Shown: positions 17,725-25,799 of the stretch, piece by piece
Layout of the letters: the number at the start of each line of letters is the position of its first letter
Position numbering within the stretch: the first letter of the stretch is position 1
Source: a virus
Lineage: Duplodnaviria > Caudoviricetes
Direction: 5' to 3' (one strand)
DNA length: 31,887 nt
Virus record (IMG/VR): IMGVR_UViG_3300026302_000082
Location: 1-31,887 of that record
The notes under the pieces: generated by a model
What the model saw: only the letters and a program-made list of their open reading frames with translations
Told to the model about the DNA's origin: nothing
The model's database searches: none
Program-made: the position numbers and the translations under genes

Positions 17725-18005
17725 CCTGCCTCTCCTTGATTGAGGTCGCGCACGAGGTTGAAGCGTTCGAGCAATGCGGCGCGGTCGCGCGCCGTGCCGA
17801 TCGGCCCGTCCCACCATTGCGGCCCGAGAAACAGCAGCGTTCCGCGCCGCAGGCCGCGCATCGCCTCGGGGCTGTTCACATAATAGATCACCAGCCCGTC
17901 ACGCCGCCGGTACTGACCAAAGCCGGTTTCCCGCCAGCCCCAGTCATTGAGCGCGGCATTGCGCGCAAGCACGGCATTGCCGGCGATGAGAATAGCCGCC
18001 CCCAT
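17721..18005 (-). CDS. Hypothetical protein (94 aa)
   Basis: Fills the gap between the clamp gene and the next gene; EAMRGLR motif. Confidence 0.6.
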   Translation of the reverse strand: MGAAILIAGNAVLARNAALNDWGWRETGFGQYRRRDGLVIYYVNSPEAMRGLRRGTLLFLGPQWWDGPIGTARDRAALLERFNLVRDLNQGEAG

Positions 18006-18007
18006 CG

Positions 18008-19129
18008 TCACACCCGCGCCGGCATCTGGACCACGAGGCACCCGGCATCGCCGGTGATCAGCATCGGCGAGCCGGTATCCTTAATCGCCAGCGTAATGTC
18101 TTCCGCCTGATGCGCGCGCACCGCCTCGAGCAGATAGCGCCAGTTCATCCCGATCTGGGGTGCCTTGACCGCGCCCGGCGCGAGCACGCGCTCCGTCGCG
18201 GTGCCATAATCCACGCTTTTCGCCTCGATCTCGATTGCATCGGGAACGAGGCTGATCTTGATGTGCGGCGAGACAAAGCGCCCCACAAGCGCGCCGGCCC
18301 GGCGCAGCGCGGCCTCGATATGCCGGCGCGGCAGCGTCACCGAAAAGGGCGGGGGCGGCGGAACAACGCGGCGATAATCGGGGAACGTGCCGTCGATCAG
18401 CTTGGCGACGATCTCGATATCCCCGAACGCGAACCGCACCTTTTTCGGGCCGAACGCGAGATCCACCGTCTCGACACCGCGCGCCGCCGCGCCGCCGAGC
18501 AGGCGCAGGACATGCCCGACAGCGCATCGCGGCACGATGCCGCCCGCCATCCCAGCCGCGCCTTCCGGCAACGCAACGTCCTGCGCGCAGAGGCGGTGGC
18601 CATCCGTCGCCACGGCGCGCAGGTGATCGCCCTCGATATGCAGATAAGCCCCGTGAAGGTAATAGCGCGCATCATCTTCCGACATCGCGAAGGCGACACG
18701 GGAGAGCAAAACGCGCAGATCCGCCGCCGGCATCCCGAATCGATGCGTTGCCTCGAATTCGGAGCGATCCGGGTAATCGGCGGCAGAATAGCCGTTGAGC
18801 CGATACCGGATCGGGCCGGAGGTCATCTCGACAACGCTCGCGCCATCGGGGTCCCATTGCAGCGTGATCCGGGCGACCGGATCGCAGGCCCGCAGAAGTT
18901 CGCGCAGTTTCCGCGCTGGCATGCAGACCGCGCCCGCGCCGCCGATCTCCACATTCTGCGTGGCAGCCGTGACGTGATTGTCGAGATCCGTGCCGGAGAT
19001 TTCCAATCTTCCGTCCACCCGGAGCCGAACGGTTTCAAGGATCGGGATCGTGCTCCGCGCCGAAACGACCGGTACGACGCGGTTGAGCATGGCAAGCAGA
19101 ACAGGTTGTTCGATCCGTATCTCAGGCAT
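18008..19129 (-). CDS. dnaN: DNA polymerase III beta sliding clamp homolog
   Basis: 373 aa; STIPIL, GTDLD, RYYLHG, VATDGHRL, KLIDGTFPDYRRVVP, N..YLLE, VQMPARV motifs. Confidence 0.95.
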   Translation of the reverse strand: MPEIRIEQPVLLAMLNRVVPVVSARSTIPILETVRLRVDGRLEISGTDLDNHVTAATQNVEIGGAGAVCMPARKLRELLRACDPVARITLQWDPDGASVVEMTSGPIRYRLNGYSAADYPDRSEFEATHRFGMPAADLRVLLSRVAFAMSEDDARYYLHGAYLHIEGDHLRAVATDGHRLCAQDVALPEGAAGMAGGIVPRCAVGHVLRLLGGAAARGVETVDLAFGPKKVRFAFGDIEIVAKLIDGTFPDYRRVVPPPPPFSVTLPRRHIEAALRRAGALVGRFVSPHIKISLVPDAIEIEAKSVDYGTATERVLAPGAVKAPQIGMNWRYLLEAVRAHQAEDITLAIKDTGSPMLITGDAGCLVVQMPARV

Positions 19130-19769
19130 CGGCTTTCCTTTCGGGGCAAACGGGGGAGGGCGATTCCGCGCCGCACAAAACAGGGGGATCGCTGGGCGGG
19201 TGCTTTGGATTTTTCGGAAATGCGTCACGCGCGCGAAGCGCGCGGCACACCTCGCGCACGATCGCGGCGCCGGTCGCGTGATGGGCGATGTTGCCGATGT
19301 TGCCGACCATTGTGGTGCGCGTCGGCGCGCTCAGGCCGACGTGCTGCGCTACGGAGCGCAGCTCTTCCGCCCAGAGCAGATCAAGCATCTGCACTGTGAT
19401 CCTGCGATCCTGACGATAATAGCTGTGCCCGCGTACGGGATGGACCGCCCCCGGCTCGACCTCGAACAAATCTGTCCAACCCACATACCGGACCGCATCA
19501 TTTTTCCATTTCGGCGCAAGCGCTACGAGAACGAGCGGGATGTGCTGACGGAAGACGCGGATCTGATCTTTCAACCGATCAAGCGTGTCGCGGCTCGACT
19601 TGATCTCGACGCCGACGAGGTAATCGCGGCCTATGAAAGCCATGTCGATGCGGCGGGTCTGTGCTACGACGAGTTCGTGGACGAGCCTCGCGCCGGGCCA
19701 CATCTGCCGCCCCCACGCCTCAATGCAGCGCCGCATTTCGAACTCCTCGGATGAGCGGTTCGTCGTCAT
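19122..19769 (-). CDS. PD-(D/E)XK-fold nuclease-like protein (MmcB / sce7726-like)
   Basis: HEL...RIDMA...GVEIKSSRDTLDRL..Q motif. Confidence 0.7.
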   Translation of the reverse strand: MTTNRSSEEFEMRRCIEAWGRQMWPGARLVHELVVAQTRRIDMAFIGRDYLVGVEIKSSRDTLDRLKDQIRVFRQHIPLVLVALAPKWKNDAVRYVGWTDLFEVEPGAVHPVRGHSYYRQDRRITVQMLDLLWAEELRSVAQHVGLSAPTRTTMVGNIGNIAHHATGAAIVREVCRALRARDAFPKNPKHPPSDPPVLCGAESPSPVCPERKADA

Positions 19770-21100
19770 CCCACGGCCTCCGGCGCTTCCGCACCCCAGC
19801 AATCCCAGCCCGGCCGGGTGGCGCGGGCGTTGAGTTCGATTTTCGGTAGGCTCGGGAAATAGGCTTCGATCAGCGCGTGGAACGCCTCGGGCTTTTCGGA
19901 ATGCCGGCCCGGCGGCGCATCGATGATCGAGGGGAATTGATCGCCCATCGCCGGGGCCGGCACATCGCCGCGCGTGCCGACGAGGAGGATTTCATGGGCG
20001 TTGCGGAACCAGTATCCGGTGCCGAGCACGGGCGAGCACAACGCGAGATCAAAGGCGCTGTATTCCTCGCCGTAAGTGATCGGCACGGCCTTCCGCCAGA
20101 TGCACTGGCTTTTGTACTTAAAACCCCAGGCCGCCATAACCTCCAGCGCATCGGGCAGCATCGGCGCCGTCGCCCACAGAAACAGCACGCAATCCCGCGC
20201 GGCGAGAGTGCCCACGGGCCGGGCCATGATTTCCTCGGTCGGGCTCGTCGGGTAGTGGTTCTCCGGCGCGCGGTCCATCCCGCCCTCGCCCCAGGTCTCG
20301 AAGCGCCATTCCGGGTCGGCGAGAATGACGCCGTACCGCTTCGTCTCCCCGGCCAGTGCGGCATTCGCCTCGGCAATTTTTCCGGCAAGGCGTTGCTCGC
20401 GCACCGCGCGCTCTGCCTTCTTACGCGCTTTCGCGGCGATGCGACTGGCCTCGGTCTCCGCTTTCAGCCGGTCATAGGCGTGCTGGATCGCCTCCTCGGA
20501 AAACGGCCCGCCCTCGCGCTTGATCGCCTCGCGCGCCGCGCGCAGCCCTCCTTGTGCCGCGTGGAGCGAGACAAGGCCGCGTTCCGCCTCCGCCAGCACG
20601 GCGGGCGGGGCCTCGCGCATCAGCGCGCGGGCGCTGTCCACCTGCCGGGGCGAGACATTGAGAAGCGCCGCCGCATCGGCAATGCCGGTTTCATGACGCA
20701 AATTTGCGCTGCTTTCCGCCACATCACCTCGCCGCGCACCACCGTGACCGCGCGTCACCAGCTTCGCGGCGATCAGCGCGCGTTGCGTCTCGTCGAGGTG
20801 CCGGCGGTGCAGGTTGAGCGAGACGACATAGGCAGGAAGCTCTTCCGTCGCCACACCCGAGACATCGCGCGCGAGCCCGCGATTGACGAGATCGAACACT
20901 GGCGCCGGCACATCCTCGGGCGACCACCCGGCGCAGCACAGCGCCCGGTAGCGGTTGCGCCCGTCGATGATCGCGCCGCGCCAGATCAGAATCGGGTTGT
21001 GCAGCCCGTTTTCCGAGATATCGCGGCACATCGCTTCGAATTCCGCGCCTTCTATGAGCGGGAAGATTTCGGCCAGCGGATGGAAGGGGATGCCCATCAT
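19766..21100 (-). CDS. ParB-like / MT-A70 family adenine methyltransferase fusion
   Basis: N-terminal [28 protein letters not shown]-terminal [38 protein letters not shown]. Confidence 0.92.
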   Translation of the reverse strand: MMGIPFHPLAEIFPLIEGAEFEAMCRDISENGLHNPILIWRGAIIDGRNRYRALCCAGWSPEDVPAPVFDLVNRGLARDVSGVATEELPAYVVSLNLHRRHLDETQRALIAAKLVTRGHGGARRGDVAESSANLRHETGIADAAALLNVSPRQVDSARALMREAPPAVLAEAERGLVSLHAAQGGLRAAREAIKREGGPFSEEAIQHAYDRLKAETEASRIAAKARKKAERAVREQRLAGKIAEANAALAGETKRYGVILADPEWRFETWGEGGMDRAPENHYPTSPTEEIMARPVGTLAARDCVLFLWATAPMLPDALEVMAAWGFKYKSQCIWRKAVPITYGEEYSAFDLALCSPVLGTGYWFRNAHEILLVGTRGDVPAPAMGDQFPSIIDAPPGRHSEKPEAFHALIEAYFPSLPKIELNARATRPGWDCWGAEAPEAVG

Positions 21101-21477
21101 TCCATCCCCAGCGCGCGCAGATACGTCTCGAGGATTTCCGCCTGGGCATGGCGATCCGCCGGGTCCTGCCGGCGGAGCACGATGATCTTGCGGATGATCT
21201 TGACGTCGAATCCCGTCGCCTTCGCCTCGCCGAGGACATCCTTGATATCCGAGGCGAGGGCCGCCTTTTCCTCTTCCAGCCGCTCGATCCGCTCGATGAA
21301 AGCCTTGAGATGCCCGGCGGAATTGGAGCCGAAATCCTCGCCGCGCGCCCGGCGGACCTTTTCCCGCCCTGTGGGGATACTGATCACCGGCGCGCCATCG
21401 TTATCCCGGCGCATCGTGGCGCCCGCGCCGCGCAGCCGGGCGGCGAGGGTGGAAATCTTTTCGCTTGAGTTCGTCAT
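21097..21477 (-). CDS. gapR: GapR / DUF2312 family nucleoid-associated protein with N-terminal extension
   Basis: [36 protein letters not shown]...Y..ALGM signature. Confidence 0.9.
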   Translation of the reverse strand: MTNSSEKISTLAARLRGAGATMRRDNDGAPVISIPTGREKVRRARGEDFGSNSAGHLKAFIERIERLEEEKAALASDIKDVLGEAKATGFDVKIIRKIIVLRRQDPADRHAQAEILETYLRALGME

Positions 21478-21529
21478 GGCACACCCCCAGGGGGACAACG
21501 CCGGGCCGCTCGGCCCTGCAATCAGGGAG

Positions 21530-21590
21530 AAAAGGCCGGGCCTCGCGGCCCGGCAGTCAGGGAGGAAACGCTACGCAACGCGCCCTCTCA
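21530..21590 (-). ncRNA. suhB/MmgR (alpha-r8)-like small RNA
   Basis: Decamer TTTCCTCCCT (21568-21559) followed by hairpin GCCGGGCC-GCGA-GGCCCGGC and CTTTT, in a non-coding gap; 5' end uncertain. Confidence 0.6.
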
Positions 21591-21647
21591 TCCGGGGCCG
21601 GGCCAGCCCCCAGTCACGCCCGGCGGAACACGCCGGGGCACGGGATC

Positions 21648-21863
21648 TCAGGTCTCGGGTTTTCGCCGCGCCCGTGCGGGCCGGAATACCAAAGCCGGGC
21701 GCGGCGGAATGTCGTAGATCTCGCCGCTCGCCGGGTGGCGCACGGCGCGGCCTTTGCGCATCACGAGGCGCAGCGTGCCGAGGCCGGGCAGGATCACGCG
21801 GCCATGCCGCTCGATCTTGCCGCCGATGAAGGCGGCGACATCGCGGCTCAGCAGGCGGGGCAT
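21648..21863 (-). CDS. HU/IHF-family DNA-binding protein, N-terminally shortened
   Basis: V.LPGLGTL....RK.R..RHPASGE...IP......FRP motif; GGAGG RBS. Confidence 0.8.
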   Translation of the reverse strand: MPRLLSRDVAAFIGGKIERHGRVILPGLGTLRLVMRKGRAVRHPASGEIYDIPPRPALVFRPARARRKPET

Positions 21864-22039
21864 GGCGCAGCCTCCGGTTGCGGGAGAGGTTCGGGGAGAT
21901 CGGGCACGATGCCGGTTCCGGCGCAGGTGATGCAGGCCGGGCGGGTGCCGTCATGCGTGGTGATGCGCCAGCCGCGCCCGCCGCAATGCGGGCATGCCTT
22001 GCCGAGGTAGAACGCGGGGAGGGCGGCGCCGTCACGCAT
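21848..22039 (-). CDS. Small zinc-finger protein (DnaJ-type CxxCxGxG x2)
   Basis: CPHCGGRG and CITCAGTG; overlaps both neighbours. Confidence 0.7.
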   Translation of the reverse strand: MRDGAALPAFYLGKACPHCGGRGWRITTHDGTRPACITCAGTGIVPDLPEPLPQPEAAPCPAC

Positions 22040-22868
22040 CGGCATCCCCCGCGCTGGCGATGATGTGCTCGATCTCCATCCGCAGCGCCTGCGGCAGGCG
22101 ATAGCTGTCGCGCATCTCGGCGCGCTCCACGCCATAGCCATGTTTGACCAGCCGCAGCGCGAGCCTCTCGACCGTATAAGCCGCGTTATCGACCTGCATT
22201 GCCGCGCGGATCGCAGCCGCGCGAAGTCCGCCGGCACCGGCCCGGTGCAGCGCGAGCAGCAAGGCAGCCTGTTTCTCGGTAAGATCGAAGGCCAGCATCA
22301 CCAGCACTGCCGGCGCTGACGGCGCAGCGGAGGGTGGCGTGGCGACCGGCATCTCAGCACTTCGCTGCACCGTGCGGCGGCGCGCAGGAGCAGGGCGGGG
22401 AGCCGGAACCGGCCGCATCGGCACCGCGCCATGCTGTTTGGCGACGCGCCGCTGCTCCAGTTCCCGCGCAAGGTTCGCCAGCGCATCCGGCGCAAGGTAA
22501 TGGATGATGGTCCGGCCATTCCGGCCACCCCCCCGCCGCTGCGAAACGGGCAGGTCGAGATCCGCCATCCGCGCGCGGAACCGGTTGAGAAAACCCGAGG
22601 TATTGGTCAGCACCAAACCCGCCGCGATCAACTCGGCGGTGGCAACCCCTTCCGCGCCGGCCTGTACCAGCGCAAAGAGCATGGCGGTTTGCTGCGCGGA
22701 AAGGCCGAGCAGGGTTGAAAACTCCCGCCGCATTTCGGCATCCGCTTTGGCTTGCGCAGCCGAAAGCGCCTTGCGCGCCTCGCGGGCGGCGGCATCCGCG
22801 TCAAAAAACGGGGAGCGGTAATGCACGCGCGGATCGAGCGTGCCGGGATGGCGATGGATAAGGCTCAT
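22032..22868 (-). CDS. Putative DNA-binding protein with two winged-helix-like repeats
   Basis: GLSAQQTAMLFALVQAG and DLTEKQAALLLALHRAG repeats separated by a Pro-rich linker. Confidence 0.6.
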   Translation of the reverse strand: MSLIHRHPGTLDPRVHYRSPFFDADAAAREARKALSAAQAKADAEMRREFSTLLGLSAQQTAMLFALVQAGAEGVATAELIAAGLVLTNTSGFLNRFRARMADLDLPVSQRRGGGRNGRTIIHYLAPDALANLARELEQRRVAKQHGAVPMRPVPAPRPAPARRRTVQRSAEMPVATPPSAAPSAPAVLVMLAFDLTEKQAALLLALHRAGAGGLRAAAIRAAMQVDNAAYTVERLALRLVKHGYGVERAEMRDSYRLPQALRMEIEHIIASAGDADA

Positions 22869-23083
22869 GACGCGCCCCCGCCCGAGAGAAGCCGCCGCGC
22901 CCGGCTCACGCGGCGGCCGCTCTCCCGCGCCGCATCGAGATGCGCCTCGCCGCGCGCATGGAGCCTTTCCGCCGCGCGCAGATGAAGCTCCCGGCTGATC
23001 GCCTGCCAGATCGCATAGACGAAGACCGGCGAGAAAAACGCGAACATCACCACCGAAACGAGCGCCCGCTTGATCCTCTTCAT
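22865..23083 (-). CDS. Small membrane protein
   Basis: 72 aa, one hydrophobic helix (ALVSVVMFAFFSPVFVYAIW), ATGA overlaps at both ends. Confidence 0.65.
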   Translation of the reverse strand: MKRIKRALVSVVMFAFFSPVFVYAIWQAISRELHLRAAERLHARGEAHLDAARESGRRVSRARRLLSGGGAS

Positions 23084-23490
23084 CGCTGCATCTCCTCGAT
23101 TTCCGCCTTGAGCCGGGCGAGGTCGGCCTCGATCGCGGCGAGCCGTCCGGCCCGCGCCGCCCCGTCGAGCCAGGCCGGCGGCGAATGCATCAGCGTGGCG
23201 AGAAATTCCGGGCCATAGGCGCCGATCATCGCGAGCAATGCGCCTGCGCCCGGCGCGGAACCGCCGGCCAGCCACTTGCGCACCTGTTCGGCCCTGACGC
23301 GCCCGCCGGTCTCCGCCTCCACCTGTTCCGCCGGTTTCGCGGCGTGGCGGCGGCGGATGAACCCGGCGCAGCGCTCGGGGATGCGGGACAACGCTCCCGC
23401 CTTCGGGGAAAGCGCTCCACGGGCGGGGGAAGACCTTCCCGCGCCGCAGCGGCTATTCCCGCCGCCAGAAAGCGCGAAGGCGGGCCTCAT
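23080..23490 (-). CDS. CII-position HTH regulator
   Basis: Directly after cro; EQVRKWL.GGSAP...LL..I.AYGPEFL and a C-terminal coiled coil. Confidence 0.65.
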   Translation of the reverse strand: MRPAFALSGGGNSRCGAGRSSPARGALSPKAGALSRIPERCAGFIRRRHAAKPAEQVEAETGGRVRAEQVRKWLAGGSAPGAGALLAMIGAYGPEFLATLMHSPPAWLDGAARAGRLAAIEADLARLKAEIEEMQR

Positions 23491-23735
23491 GGCGCCGCCT
23501 CCGGCGCCGGACCCGCGCCCTCGCCAGCCGGAGCAGCGGGCCGGAACGAATCGGAGACGAGATGGAGAAGGCCGTGCTGCCGCGCGAGATGATCGAGAAG
23601 CAGGGTCTGCGGGCGCGTTTCGGGGCGCCCGCCGATGAGCCGGGAAATCGTGGACGTATCGCAACCGATCGCGACGGCGACCTGCGGGCGCGAGAGCCCG
23701 GTTGCGTCCAACAGAAGGGTGATGCGGTTTGTCAT
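23487..23735 (-). CDS. cro: Cro-like HTH protein
   Basis: GLSRPQVAVAIGCDTSTISRL HTH; divergent from the repressor. Confidence 0.85.
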   Translation of the reverse strand: MTNRITLLLDATGLSRPQVAVAIGCDTSTISRLIGGRPETRPQTLLLDHLARQHGLLHLVSDSFRPAAPAGEGAGPAPEAAP

Positions 23736-23744
23736 GCCGCTAAC

Positions 23745-23784
23745 ATGCATTTTACATGCTGCATGTCAAATGCATTTTACATGC
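23745..23784. promoter_or_regulatory. OR-like operator block containing the PR -35
   Basis: ATGCATTTTACATGC at 23745-59 and 23770-84, inverted near-copy at 23761-75; TTGACA on the minus strand at 23769-23764. Confidence 0.85.
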
Positions 23785-23806
23785 CTTCTGGAGTCATGCC
23801 TTTGCG

Positions 23807-24424
23807 ATGAAAGAAATGGAGCGAATCCAGCAGGGCGAGCGCCTTCGTGCCGCGCGAGAGCGCTTGAATCTGTCCAAGGCAGATGTCTACACCGCGCTTG
23901 GCATACCAAAGAGCACGTACGAGCAGTACGAGAACGGCCGCCTCGGACTCTCTCAGGTTGGAGACCGGCTTGCGCGATATCTCCGCGTCGATCTCGCTTG
24001 GCTTTTGACGGCGCGCGGCAAAATGGACGGGAAAACCGCGCCATCAGAGATTGCGGTTTTTGGTGTTGTTGGCGCCGGCGCCTCGATACTTCCGATCGAG
24101 GATGATTCAACAGCAATCAGCGTCGGCGACATCCAGCTTCCCAGCGCAGAGTCCATCGGCGCGGTGATCATCAAGGGCGATTCGGGCTATCCGCGCTTTC
24201 AGAATGGCGAGATCCTGATTTTCTATACCCGCCAGCTCCGCGCGGAGGATGTGCTTAACCGTCAGGCCATCGTGCAGACATGGGAGGGGCGGAAGATGAT
24301 CAAGACAGTGCGGCGCGGGCGCGAGAAGAACCTCTACACGCTGGAAAGCTTCAACGCGCCACCGGAGCACGATGTGGAAATCATGGCAGCATGGCAGATC
24401 TACGGGCTGCTTTTCTGCCGATAG
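23807..24424 (+). CDS. cI: CI-like repressor (HTH + S24 peptidase)
   Basis: RLRAARE...STYEQYENG HTH, VGAG cleavage site, KGDSG (Ser) and MIK (Lys). Confidence 0.93.
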   Translation: MKEMERIQQGERLRAARERLNLSKADVYTALGIPKSTYEQYENGRLGLSQVGDRLARYLRVDLAWLLTARGKMDGKTAPSEIAVFGVVGAGASILPIEDDSTAISVGDIQLPSAESIGAVIIKGDSGYPRFQNGEILIFYTRQLRAEDVLNRQAIVQTWEGRKMIKTVRRGREKNLYTLESFNAPPEHDVEIMAAWQIYGLLFCR

Positions 24425-24430
24425 GTTTCG

Positions 24431-24883
24431 TCAACGATACATAAACCATATGGGCTTGCAGCGCATCGTCCGCGTCTGCTGGGGTGCGTAACCAATGAAG
24501 AGGTTCCGCACGTCAATCGGTTGATTTGTAAGCGCCAATTCGAAAACGGTTGCCTTGACTGCGGAAATTCCCGTGCCGCTGTTTCCTGAGAACTCACATT
24601 CAATTGAAATATCCTTTATCGGAAAAGATGATCGGTTCACGATTTCCGCTGTAATTGTCACTCGACCAAATTCGTTTTTAGTCCACCGCAGCTTATCAAT
24701 AGCTATTTGTTGAAGTATTTCTGTGCGCTTGGCCGCTGCTGTTGCCAACAAGGAATCGCCACCAGATGCGCCGGTGGCGGTGATTTTCGATGGAGGTGGC
24801 GGCAAATAGTGTCCGAATAGCGCTAAAAATACCAGAAACGCAACAGGCGTTACGACCATCCATTTGAGAACTCGCATAGTCAT
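24431..24883 (-). CDS. Single-pass membrane protein with a beta-rich extracytoplasmic domain (moron-like)
   Basis: N-terminal TM helix, I.N.S.FPIKDI.IEC...SGT motif, two Cys; visibly more AT-rich than its flanks. Confidence 0.8.
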   Translation of the reverse strand: MTMRVLKWMVVTPVAFLVFLALFGHYLPPPPSKITATGASGGDSLLATAAAKRTEILQQIAIDKLRWTKNEFGRVTITAEIVNRSSFPIKDISIECEFSGNSGTGISAVKATVFELALTNQPIDVRNLFIGYAPQQTRTMRCKPIWFMYR

Positions 24884-25755
24884 TCCACCAATGTTAGGAA
24901 TTGGTCATGCGTACAATACAAAATGGCCTGCCCGTCCATGATCCTGTCGGCAGCGGACTTGAGTTTCTGCCCGCCGTCCTCCGGGCGCGGCCAGCCGGAA
25001 ACGATCAGGGTGGTCCGGGTTGTTACGCCCGGTTTCACCACGCCGCCCAGCGCCGCGACCCGTTCGGCCATCTCCTCGCGCGAGAACGGCAGATCGCCGG
25101 TGAACACAACGACCTGCCCTTGCAGCGAGGGCGGAACGCCGGCTGAGCGTGCCAGCACCGCGCCCCAGCCCGCGCCGATCGGCGGCACCGCCCGTGGCGG
25201 CGTGGGTGGAATGACGCGGATATCGCGGATCGCGAAATGCGGCGCGGCCTCGGCGGCGCTGAGCCCGAGATCCTTCAGGGCGCGCAGGAAAACATAGGCG
25301 GCGGCAATCGCATCCTGTTCGGCATCGTGATCCGCCTTGAAGCGGATCCCGAACCCCGCGCCGAGATCGCGCAGCTTGCGCGAGGGTGCCTCCGGCCAGG
25401 CCGCGCGCGCCGCCTCGAGCCCGTCAAGCCACACCAGCGCGGGAAAGGGAAGCCCGGCCGCCGCGCAGGCCGAGCCGATCGCGCGGGCATCGAACGGCCC
25501 GTAGCTCATGACCGGGGAGGCGCCGATTTCGGCCAGAACCTCCGGCAGCACGGCCCCGAACGGCGCGGCGCCGCGCACCCGCGCCGCGTTGAGCCCATGG
25601 ATCTTGGTGAACTTCGGGTCAAACGGCCGGGCGGGATCGACAAGCCAGGAGCGGCGGCGAAGCTGCCCGCCCGTGAACCCCACAAGGCCGATCTGGCAGA
25701 TCGACCCCGGCCAGGGGTCCGCCGTCTCGACATCGATCGCGACAAAAATGCTCAA
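24880..25755 (-). CDS. DEDDh 3'-5' exonuclease (DnaQ-like) with C-terminal BRCT domain
   Basis: AIDVET (ExoI), FD (ExoII), HDAEQDA (ExoIII); LQGQVVVFTGDL..SR......ALGG....VT..T..IV.G BRCT; probable TTG start at 25755. Confidence 0.9.
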   Translation of the reverse strand: MSIFVAIDVETADPWPGSICQIGLVGFTGGQLRRRSWLVDPARPFDPKFTKIHGLNAARVRGAAPFGAVLPEVLAEIGASPVMSYGPFDARAIGSACAAAGLPFPALVWLDGLEAARAAWPEAPSRKLRDLGAGFGIRFKADHDAEQDAIAAAYVFLRALKDLGLSAAEAAPHFAIRDIRVIPPTPPRAVPPIGAGWGAVLARSAGVPPSLQGQVVVFTGDLPFSREEMAERVAALGGVVKPGVTTRTTLIVSGWPRPEDGGQKLKSAADRIMDGQAILYCTHDQFLTLVE

Positions 25756-25799
25756 TTCCCAAAGCCCCGAACCCGCATGCGAAAGACTACTTCGGTAAA

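Noticed and set aside
18008..19129. Host chromosomal dnaN locus
   Set aside because: No dnaA/recF/gyrB context; embedded in overlapping phage genes
21478..21647. tRNA or riboswitch
   Set aside because: No cloverleaf or T-loop (GTTC-GA) consensus and no aptamer motif recognised
19877..21829. 650-aa plus-strand ORF
   Set aside because: Antisense to the MT-A70, gapR and HU-like genes; no recognisable domain
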